DNA of 64,000 nt from a virus. Of this stretch, positions 16,337 through 23,592 are shown piece after piece. The stretch lies in the IMG/VR virus record IMGVR_UViG_3300028883_000004, positions 1 through 64,000 of that record; one strand, written 5' to 3'. The position numbers and the translations under genes are program-made. Positions within the stretch are counted from its first letter, which is position 1, and the number at the start of each line of letters is the position of its first letter. Under the pieces are notes generated by a model, which worked only from the letters and a program-made list of their open reading frames with translations, ran no database searches and was not told the DNA's origin.

Positions 16337-17356
16337 ATGTCAGATCGTAAACGGAAAACAGCGAGTAAGGCCGATCCTGGAAAGGACCTCGATCGTAGGA
16401 AAGAGAAACCTGCAGATGAGGAAGTTCCAGAAGCGGTTATCGGGAACACGGATGCCTACGAGGAGAAGAAAGTCAGACTGCTTCCCTGGGCGGTTATCCC
16501 TCACGTCATTGAGGCGAGTAAAGAGCGCCCGAAGGTTGAAACGGTTCTCTTACGAGACCTCGGGCCGAACCTCCCGATGGGAGTCCCCGATGCAGCCGGA
16601 AATCTCGTCAAACCATTCTCCATGAGATCATGGAAGATGCCTCAGGAAAAGAAGGTGGCAAAGATCAAACGAAAGAACCCGATGATGGGAGACTTCGTTC
16701 CGCTCCTTCTCTCTGTTTTCCTTGAGAACGTGGGAGGTCGTAAGCTCCCCGGATCCAATGATGAGCCTACAGACCCTCAGCGAATCCTTACCCTCCATCA
16801 GATGGCGATGCAAGATGTTCTTTACATGTATGTCTATCTTCGCTTTCAGGAGGTTGGTGAGATTCTGCCAATGGGTATCCAGTGTCCGAGTTGCAGATAC
16901 ATGCATCAGCGGTATCCAGCAGACCTCGGAACTCTGGAGGTTGTCGTCTATCCGGAGGGAACGAACGTATCACAGCTCGTAGGCTCCTACGCAATGCAGT
17001 CGCCTTTCAAGATCGGCGAGACCAACGTCGAGAATCTTCTGTACATTCCTACTCCGTGGAGCATGATGACGGAGGTTCCGGAGGACGAGGAGGAAAACGA
17101 GGCGGCCTTCAAGGAGCGGATCATTCAGACCTCTGTTCGTAGGGTTGCTGAGATGGAAGCTCCGATGTTCGTTCTGAATGAATCTCATATGGAGCACTTC
17201 GGAAAGAAGGACATCGAGGGACTTTCCGCGGACGTCATCATCGCAAACGGTGGGCTCGATATGATGCTGGAAGGGAAGTGCGAAAAATGCAAAGCACAGT
17301 TCTACCAGCTCATTAACTGGACGTACACAAATTTTTTCTCAACCTCTTCCAGGTAA
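16337..17356 (+). CDS. putative tail assembly chaperone (zero-frame product, 339 aa)
   Basis: Position immediately upstream of the tape measure gene. Carries a slippery heptamer near its 3' end. Contains CPSC...CEKC (possible Zn ribbon). Unusually long for this role. Confidence 0.45.
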   Translation: MSDRKRKTASKADPGKDLDRRKEKPADEEVPEAVIGNTDAYEEKKVRLLPWAVIPHVIEASKERPKVETVLLRDLGPNLPMGVPDAAGNLVKPFSMRSWKMPQEKKVAKIKRKNPMMGDFVPLLLSVFLENVGGRKLPGSNDEPTDPQRILTLHQMAMQDVLYMYVYLRFQEVGEILPMGIQCPSCRYMHQRYPADLGTLEVVVYPEGTNVSQLVGSYAMQSPFKIGETNVENLLYIPTPWSMMTEVPEDEEENEAAFKERIIQTSVRRVAEMEAPMFVLNESHMEHFGKKDIEGLSADVIIANGGLDMMLEGKCEKCKAQFYQLINWTYTNFFSTSSR

Positions 17357-17532
17357 GGGAGCCTGAGGAGTTATTCGATGAAACGTTCTTTCTCACGTAT
17401 CACATTCCTGGAATGTCCAGGGCTGACGTTCATGGCATGTCTATCCGAGAACGCGAGTTCCATATTCGGAGACTGCAAAAGCAATGGGAAAGAGAGCAAG
17501 AGGAAATCAATCGAATAATGAATCGAAAGTGA
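17332..17532 (+). other. programmed -1 frameshift site (T_TTT_TTC) and 64-codon -1 frame extension
   Basis: The heptamer at 17332-17338 is in the X_XXY_YYZ phase of the 16337 frame. The -1 frame is open from 17317 to TGA 17530-17532 with no in-frame ATG/GTG/TTG before 17413. A possible stem lies at 17346-17370, 7 nt downstream. Confidence 0.5.
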
Positions 17533-17561
17533 GGTTGAGGAGGGAGTGAGAAGGCTCAAGG

Positions 17562-20018
17562 ATGTCTAACAGGAACGTCGGCCTTGGCGCCTATCTAAAA
17601 TTCAGTAGCGGAAAAGCCGTCTCGGAAATGGGGCGAGTCAACCGCGCCCTGAAAGGTATGATGGCTGGAGTCTCCAGAGTCTCCTCTGGTGTCTCCAAGA
17701 TGTCGGCCGGCTTCAATAAACTCGCAATGGCTGGAACCGGGGTCGCGGTGGCCCTTGGTTTTGGTGTAAGGTCTGCAGTTAAGTTTGAGCAAGGGATGAG
17801 CGGTGTAAATGCCGTTCTGATGAAAAGCTCTGCAGAGACAGCTGCCCTTCGTACCGAGGCGTTGAGGTTAGGATCAACTACAACCTTCACTGCCACCGAA
17901 GCATCTAATGCAATGGAGAACTTAGCCAGAGCAGGCTTCAGTCAAAATGAGATTATCTCAGCGACTGGAGCTGTTCTGAATGCAGCTGCCGCTGATGCAA
18001 TGGGACTTGCAGAGGCTGCCGACATTGTGGCTAACGTTACCAGGGCAATGGGACTGGAAGCGAAGGATGCTTCGAGAGTCGCTGACGTCTTGGCTCTAAC
18101 GTCTGCGAAGACAAATACAAACATCACAATGTTAGGAGAGGGGTTCAAGTACGCGGCGACTCAGTCGAAGAACTTGGGCATCCCGCTGGAGGAGACTTCT
18201 GCCGTCCTGGGCTTGATGGCAAATGCAGGTCTCAAGGGAAGTATGGGAGGCACGAGCTTTACCAACATGCTGGTAAAGATGACAAAGCCTACCGCTACTG
18301 CGAAAAGGATGATGAGTGAACTCGGAGCCGAATTCGTAGTTGCCACGGACAAGTTCGGAAAGAAACGAGTCGACCTTATAGACACGGTGCATAGTATCGC
18401 GGCAGGATTCAAGGACATAAAGGACCCTGTGAAGAAAGCCGCAATGGTTACAGAGATATTCGGACTTCGTGGACAGAAGGCAGTTGGCTCCTTCCTTGGT
18501 CAACTCGAAAAGAATCCCAGAGTGCTTTCTGACCTTTATGCAAAACTCGAAGATGCTAACGGCGCCGCAGCAAAGATGGCCGAAATTAGACTTGATAATG
18601 TAGCAGGGCAAATGACCCTTCTGAAAAGCGCAGTAGAAGGCCTCACGATCAACTTCTTTTCCATGTTTAACTCTCAGGCAAAGGGAGGTCTAAAGTCTCT
18701 CGCTAAAGGGATTGGAAACATCTCAGTTGCACTTCAGTATCTTACGACCGATCCAAAACAGATTGGTGAGAAGTTCCAAAAGATGTACGATGAATTACCT
18801 CAGGGTGCAAAGGATACGGCAGCCGCTCTACAGTCTGCAGCGATCACTATTAGAAACGCATGGACATGGGTTGGGAACAACGTAATTAAACCTGCAAAGG
18901 AATGGTTCAACTCACTTACACCAGAGGCGAAGAAAACTCTCGTCACAGTTACACTAGGAGCAACGGCGCTTGTAGGAGTTATGGGCCCACTCTCTCTGGC
19001 AATAGCCACGGTTGGTTTCATAGCTTCCGGCGTTGCTTCCGTAGTCGCGGGAGCCTTCTCAGTAATGGCAGGAGCAATCTGGCCAGTTACTCTTGTAGTA
19101 GGAGCCCTCGCGGCAGCTTATTTCGCTTTGAGGAGAGACGGGGAGACTCCGTTGCAATTCATGGCGAGAGCATGGACAAATCTAAAGACGGCCGTAATGG
19201 ATTTCGCTCAGGGGTTCAAGAGTACATTCATGCCAATGTGGGAACCGCTGAAGGAGCTTTACGCCTCAGCGATTAAACCAATCTGGGACTCTCTGAAGGG
19301 AATGTTCGCAGACATCTTCGGAGGCGGGAATACAACGGCAGCTTCCTTCAAGCAAATAGGAGCGGTCGTTGGAACGGTGTTCGGATTCATAGCTACCGTA
19401 GTCGGAACGGTCATGCAGGTCGTAGGAGTCTACATCTCCAATGTGATTGACGGTTACATTAGACCAATGATTAGGGCCGTTCAAAACATAGCAGGTGGCT
19501 TTATCGACCTTGTTACTGGAGCGACCTCAATGAAGTCCGCTCTGGCTAGAATCTTTGGAGGTGTAGCAGACATCATCATCCTTCCTTTCAAGTATTCCAT
19601 CTCGAAGGTCCTTGCAATCATCGAGGGACTAGGGAAGGCCGTCGGCTTGAAGATGGAAGGAGTTGCAAAGGCAAGGAAGGTTGTAAACGACTTCTCAATT
19701 GCAGGCCTTCTCACTGGTGGGAAATCGGAGGGAGCAAAACCGACTGTAGCTCCACCGGTAAAGAATCCGATTGTTGCAGCTGGCCCGACTGCTCCTGTAG
19801 CTTCACCTGTAGCAATGAATACGGCTGCAGCAGCTCCGAAGGTAGATGTAAATGTAGAGGCTCCACCACCTCCGAATGTAAACCAGACAACAGTGGTGAA
19901 GCTCGACGGAAAAGAGATAGCAGCAAAGGTCGTAAAGAATCAGATCGATTACGACCAGAGAGCAGGGAACAAGTCTGGTTCAAGGGAGGCGGCAAAGAAC
20001 TATGGGGCAGGAGGTTAA
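17562..20018 (+). CDS. tail tape measure protein
   Basis: The core (MGLEAKDASRVADVLALTSAKTNTNITMLGEGFKYAATQSKNLGIPLEETSAVLGLMANAGLKGSMGGTSFTNMLVKM) matches the TP901-type tape measure core. Central hydrophobic segments. 818 aa. Confidence 0.85.
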   Translation: MSNRNVGLGAYLKFSSGKAVSEMGRVNRALKGMMAGVSRVSSGVSKMSAGFNKLAMAGTGVAVALGFGVRSAVKFEQGMSGVNAVLMKSSAETAALRTEALRLGSTTTFTATEASNAMENLARAGFSQNEIISATGAVLNAAAADAMGLAEAADIVANVTRAMGLEAKDASRVADVLALTSAKTNTNITMLGEGFKYAATQSKNLGIPLEETSAVLGLMANAGLKGSMGGTSFTNMLVKMTKPTATAKRMMSELGAEFVVATDKFGKKRVDLIDTVHSIAAGFKDIKDPVKKAAMVTEIFGLRGQKAVGSFLGQLEKNPRVLSDLYAKLEDANGAAAKMAEIRLDNVAGQMTLLKSAVEGLTINFFSMFNSQAKGGLKSLAKGIGNISVALQYLTTDPKQIGEKFQKMYDELPQGAKDTAAALQSAAITIRNAWTWVGNNVIKPAKEWFNSLTPEAKKTLVTVTLGATALVGVMGPLSLAIATVGFIASGVASVVAGAFSVMAGAIWPVTLVVGALAAAYFALRRDGETPLQFMARAWTNLKTAVMDFAQGFKSTFMPMWEPLKELYASAIKPIWDSLKGMFADIFGGGNTTAASFKQIGAVVGTVFGFIATVVGTVMQVVGVYISNVIDGYIRPMIRAVQNIAGGFIDLVTGATSMKSALARIFGGVADIIILPFKYSISKVLAIIEGLGKAVGLKMEGVAKARKVVNDFSIAGLLTGGKSEGAKPTVAPPVKNPIVAAGPTAPVASPVAMNTAAAAPKVDVNVEAPPPPNVNQTTVVKLDGKEIAAKVVKNQIDYDQRAGNKSGSREAAKNYGAGG

Positions 20019-20021
20019 CGG

Positions 20022-20765
20022 ATGTCACTACCGTTTTTAGAATACGCACTCTGGCAGCTTGTCTCTCTTGAGGGTGGTCCGTACTTCGAATCACAGTACC
20101 CTCTCCAGAAGTTCAAGGAAGCTGGACCTGGAAGCAACTTCGCAGAGGGTAAGTCTCTTGGGAACCCGTACACGGTCCTGCAGTTCCTAAACGGAAAGAC
20201 GGAACGATGCAGGCTCGACGCCTTCTTCTTCGCTCGTCATTGGGGAGAGCAAATCACCGATTACGTTGACACCCTAAAGGAACTTGCGAAGGTAGACGAG
20301 ACCCTCGGGAGACCTCACGTCTGCTACTTTGTCTGGGGATCATACTTCGCAATCGACTGCATAGTGGAGGATGTAGGAGACATAGAATGGGGAGGCCTTC
20401 GAATCGATCAGGTTCCGAGAGTCGCTTCCGTTCCCATTACTCTGGTGAAATGGACAGGCTCCCCACTTGTTGCAGGGGCTCCTCAAGGAAACAGAGAGAC
20501 CCTTCACATCTTCTCAAGACAAGGGACCTCTTACGAGATGTTAGCCTACGAGAAGTATCGGAACCCGATGCTCGGGGTCCTTTTGAGAAGGCACAACAGA
20601 TCCGTCAAGAGACCTTACACCGGAGCAGTGGTCAAGATACTTCGTAGAGATCATCCAAAGATGAAGCAGAGAATCGAGCCAACTTCTATCGCGATGCGGA
20701 AGGTGGTTCGCGAACCTCAGTTCCTTAACGCAAAGGCAAGAGAAAGGGCAGGGATCATAACATGA
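20022..20765 (+). CDS. putative tube-initiator / baseplate hub-associated protein (CIS-tube/LysM-family-like)
   Basis: Lies right after the tape measure gene. The motif (GRPHVCYFVWGSYFAIDCIVEDVGDIEWGGLRIDQVPRVASVPITL) resembles the rPp..f.WG...G.P.rA pattern of this family, recalled from memory. Confidence 0.45.
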   Translation: MSLPFLEYALWQLVSLEGGPYFESQYPLQKFKEAGPGSNFAEGKSLGNPYTVLQFLNGKTERCRLDAFFFARHWGEQITDYVDTLKELAKVDETLGRPHVCYFVWGSYFAIDCIVEDVGDIEWGGLRIDQVPRVASVPITLVKWTGSPLVAGAPQGNRETLHIFSRQGTSYEMLAYEKYRNPMLGVLLRRHNRSVKRPYTGAVVKILRRDHPKMKQRIEPTSIAMRKVVREPQFLNAKARERAGIIT

Positions 20766-21949
20766 GTCCGCTTCCTAAGATTCCGCAATACAGTGAACTT
20801 GCTCCTAACTTCACGATGAAGATAGGCGAGGCGGGATCGGTTCCTAGTGACGAGGTCCTTCCAGGACTTGATGACGCAAAGGAACTTATCGAGGAGGTGT
20901 CCTATGAATCCTCTACAGAGATTTGTGACAAGATGGTTATCACTTGCAACAATCCAGAAAATGTCATCCTCGAAAACAACCTATTTCCAGAGGGAGCGAT
21001 TGTAGACATCTTTATGGGATACGGTGGAGTTCACGAATTTATAGGTCGCGCAGAACTCCTCAGATGGCTTCCGAGCTTTGGTCGGAGTGAGATGCCTTCC
21101 TTCACGGTGGAAGGCCTCGCACTGGAAAATGTCTTTATGAGAAACGACGGACCCGACGAGAGTGCTGGAGAGACATGGACCTTCGGGAAGGATGCTCTCG
21201 CCTCCGACGTCATTACGGAAATACTTTCGAGGAAGGTCTACACGAAGTACAAGTTCAAGACGAACATTACTCCTACAAAAGTAAAACGGATGTGGAATCA
21301 GAAGAAGGGGCAGAATGACTGGCAGTTTATGAAACTACTTGCAGCCTTCCATGACTTTGACCTTTGGGTGGAAAGCGACGAGACCGGAGACACGGTCGTC
21401 TTTGCGCCAATGGATGACAGCGCAAGCTCAGAAGGAGAGTTGCTTTACAAGAGCGGGTACGAGTCACATCTTCTGGACTTCGATCCTGAGTGGGGATTTG
21501 AGGACATTCCTACAGCTGTAGAGGTTGTTACAGTAGACAAAAAGACAGGTGAGCTTTCGGTTCAGCGGGTCGAGACAGTCATTCCTGATAGTAAGGCGAA
21601 GAGGAAGTCGAAGCCAAAGCCTATCGTTTACGGTTCCTCTGTGTATCTTGGTGTTTACGGAGAAAGAGTAATGCGGGCAGAGGTTAAAAGTGGAAATGCC
21701 CAGGCAGCTGCTCAGGCGGCAGTCGCTCAGTTTAGAACTAAGCTGAAGAACTTCTTTGTCGGGACAGGACATCTCAGCGGACATCCGTATTTTAAGGCTC
21801 GACAAATCTGGACCCTGGGAGGTCTGGGAGATCGCCTCAACAACGATTACTACTTCCATCGCGTAAAGCACACCATGAATCCGGATAGCATTTACGAGGT
21901 GGACTTCGGGGCGCGCCTCATCCTTCCTCCGGAGGTGGCGTATGAATGA
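20762..21949 (+). CDS. baseplate hub protein, gpD / Mu gp44-like
   Basis: 395 aa, ATGA-coupled. The C-terminus (GTGHLSGHPYFKARQIWTLGGLGDRLNNDYYFHRVKHTMNPDSIYEVDF) fits the late-control-D family pattern. Synteny is TMP-X-D-V. Confidence 0.55.
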   Translation: MSPLPKIPQYSELAPNFTMKIGEAGSVPSDEVLPGLDDAKELIEEVSYESSTEICDKMVITCNNPENVILENNLFPEGAIVDIFMGYGGVHEFIGRAELLRWLPSFGRSEMPSFTVEGLALENVFMRNDGPDESAGETWTFGKDALASDVITEILSRKVYTKYKFKTNITPTKVKRMWNQKKGQNDWQFMKLLAAFHDFDLWVESDETGDTVVFAPMDDSASSEGELLYKSGYESHLLDFDPEWGFEDIPTAVEVVTVDKKTGELSVQRVETVIPDSKAKRKSKPKPIVYGSSVYLGVYGERVMRAEVKSGNAQAAAQAAVAQFRTKLKNFFVGTGHLSGHPYFKARQIWTLGGLGDRLNNDYYFHRVKHTMNPDSIYEVDFGARLILPPEVAYE

Positions 21950-22868
21950 GAGAAACCTGGAGACCTACGAAGCGAGAGTTGTAGACAACAACGATCCAGA
22001 GAAAGGTGGAAAGCTCCTGGTGATGTGCGAGGCTCTTACAGGAACGAAGGAGTCGTACCCAGAATGGATCCGCCCTTCGTTTTCCTATTCTGGAGGAGCG
22101 GAAGAAAAACCCTTTGGCGTTTTCTTCATTCCAGATGTAGATGCCCTTGTCGAGATAGAGGTTTCGACGGAAGGCTCAGTCATGGAAGTCAAATGGAGGG
22201 CTGGAGTCTACACTGACAAAAACCCAATCCCAGAGGAGCTTCTGGAGCACTATCCATTTCGCAAAGGAATCGTAACGCCAGGCGGACATATCCTTATCCT
22301 CGACGACATGGAGGGAGAGGAGGCGATGTCCTATCTCCACCCACTTGGTTCTGGGATAACCGTAGACAAGGACGGCTCGCTCGCTCTAATGGTGAAGAAC
22401 TTCATCACAGGTGGGACGATGGCCCTCTTTATCTCTGCAGTAGGCGACGGAATAACTCTGATCGACGACAACGGATCGTTTATCAGTTTCAGCATAATGG
22501 GAGACATTACATTGGTCTCCTCGACCGGGCAGGACATGGTTACAATTTCAGACGGACAGATTCAGCTGATGACGTCTGGGAATGTAGTTGTGAGTGGAAA
22601 CCTTCTCGCAAGGTCTCCTTCCATTACCTTGGGAGAGGGAGCAGTGTCTCACTTGATGAAATACGAGGAGTGGTTTTCATGGGCATCTGCCCATCAGCAT
22701 CTCCCATCAGTTGTAACAATACCAGCAGGAACTACAATTGCTCCTACATGCGCAGACGGGGCTCCGGTAGTTTCTGGACTTATAACATGCACGGTAACAC
22801 CAACGGGGATTCCTACAGTCGCTCCGAATCCGGCTCTAATATCCTCGGTTGGGAACACTACATTGTAG
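21942..22868 (+). CDS. baseplate central spike protein (gpV / gp5 OB-fold type)
   Basis: The N-terminus (YEARVVDNNDPEKGGKLLVMCEALTG...PFGVFFIPDVDALVEIEV) matches the baseplate assembly protein V pattern (V.dn.DP...gR.kV...G....P..G..V.v.F). Confidence 0.7.
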   Translation: MNERNLETYEARVVDNNDPEKGGKLLVMCEALTGTKESYPEWIRPSFSYSGGAEEKPFGVFFIPDVDALVEIEVSTEGSVMEVKWRAGVYTDKNPIPEELLEHYPFRKGIVTPGGHILILDDMEGEEAMSYLHPLGSGITVDKDGSLALMVKNFITGGTMALFISAVGDGITLIDDNGSFISFSIMGDITLVSSTGQDMVTISDGQIQLMTSGNVVVSGNLLARSPSITLGEGAVSHLMKYEEWFSWASAHQHLPSVVTIPAGTTIAPTCADGAPVVSGLITCTVTPTGIPTVAPNPALISSVGNTTL

Positions 22869-22880
22869 AGGGAAGGATGA

Positions 22881-23186
22881 ATGTCGAGATGCTCGTTCCT
22901 ATTGCCGATGATAGCTATCCCAGGCATCCCTTTGCCTTCGATACCTTTCCCGGCTCTGCCTGCTCTCCCGAGCATTCCGATTCCAGGGATAGCTTTGCCG
23001 ATGATAGCTATCCCTGGCATCCCGATTCCGAGCATCCCGTTCCCTGCATTGCCGGCCCTTCCGAGCATCCCGATTCCTGGGATCGCTCTACCAATGCTGG
23101 CGATTCCAGGCATCCCGATTCCGAGCATACCGTTTCCAGCACTTCCGAGCCTTCCTATGATTCCATGTCCACTGGATGCGATATGA
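22881..23186 (+). CDS. proline-rich triple-repeat protein (101 aa) in the spike-tip slot
   Basis: 8 N-terminal residues plus exactly three 31-codon repeats. Of 17 codons that differ between repeats 1 and 2, 16 are synonymous in this frame. SD GGAAGGA lies just upstream. Confidence 0.6.
   Translation: MSRCSFLLPMIAIPGIPLPSIPFPALPALPSIPIPGIALPMIAIPGIPIPSIPFPALPALPSIPIPGIALPMLAIPGIPIPSIPFPALPSLPMIPCPLDAI
22905..23183 (+). repeat. 3 x 93-bp tandem repeat (coding)
   Basis: Units at 22905-22997, 22998-23090 and 23091-23183. The DNA is open in three of six frames. Confidence 0.9.
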
Positions 23187-23199
23187 GAAGGGAAAGAGA

Positions 23200-23592
23200 A
23201 TGACACAAAGACATCAGACACCCCAGGGACTTGAGCAGCCTTTAGGAACCAGCAATGGGAAAGGTAAGCTCGTCAACGGGGATAACCAAATCGAGAAACT
23301 TATCATCAATTCGTTAAGGCCTTGCGGTTCGATGAATCCTTTTCAGCAGGAACTTGACTTCACGGCAACGGTTCCGTTTAAGTTAAACATCGCAAGAACA
23401 CAGGGAGCGGCACGAGCCCACGTTCAGCGAATCAGTAAATACTTTGAGAAAGAGGACAGAGCAAAGATTCCGAACAAGACTCTTACCTTCAAGAAAGAAG
23501 GCGGTGTGCTCTTTATGTCAGGGAAATGGATCAACTTAGAAACAGACAGAGCTTCGGACTTCGATGTGCCTATCGATAAGGGAGGAAAATGA
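23200..23592 (+). CDS. putative baseplate wedge protein, gpW / gp25-like
   Basis: ATG 23200 has GAAGGGA 6 nt upstream. About 130 aa. Lies between the spike and the J-like gene. IINSLRPCGSMNPFQQELDF loosely fits the gp25 motif. Confidence 0.5.
   Translation: MTQRHQTPQGLEQPLGTSNGKGKLVNGDNQIEKLIINSLRPCGSMNPFQQELDFTATVPFKLNIARTQGAARAHVQRISKYFEKEDRAKIPNKTLTFKKEGGVLFMSGKWINLETDRASDFDVPIDKGGK

Noticed and set aside
17378-17518. 46-aa zero-frame ORF (MKRSFSRITFLECPG...) with a good SD (GAGGAG, 7-nt spacer) between the chaperone and the tape measure gene.
   Set aside because: The sequence is not protein-like compared with the -1 frame reading of the same DNA, and the slippery heptamer explains expression of that frame. 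It cannot be excluded without expression data.
21942-23186. The spike ORF and the proline-rich ORF are in the same reading frame, which could suggest stop-codon readthrough producing a spike fusion.
   Set aside because: Two in-frame stops separate them (TAG 22866-22868 and TGA 22878-22880), and the downstream ORF has its own ATG and SD. Double readthrough is implausible.
22694-23221. Gly-rich 175-aa ORF on the minus strand, and the His/Asp/Ser-rich + frame (22877-23203, containing HPDSEH repeats and ending in an ATGA overlap with the 23200 start), both spanning the 93-bp tandem repeats.
   Set aside because: Codon-by-codon comparison of the repeats shows that almost all nucleotide differences are synonymous only in the 22881 frame. 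In these two frames the same differences scramble the peptide. The His-rich frame remains the only alternative worth testing, because of its ATGA coupling.
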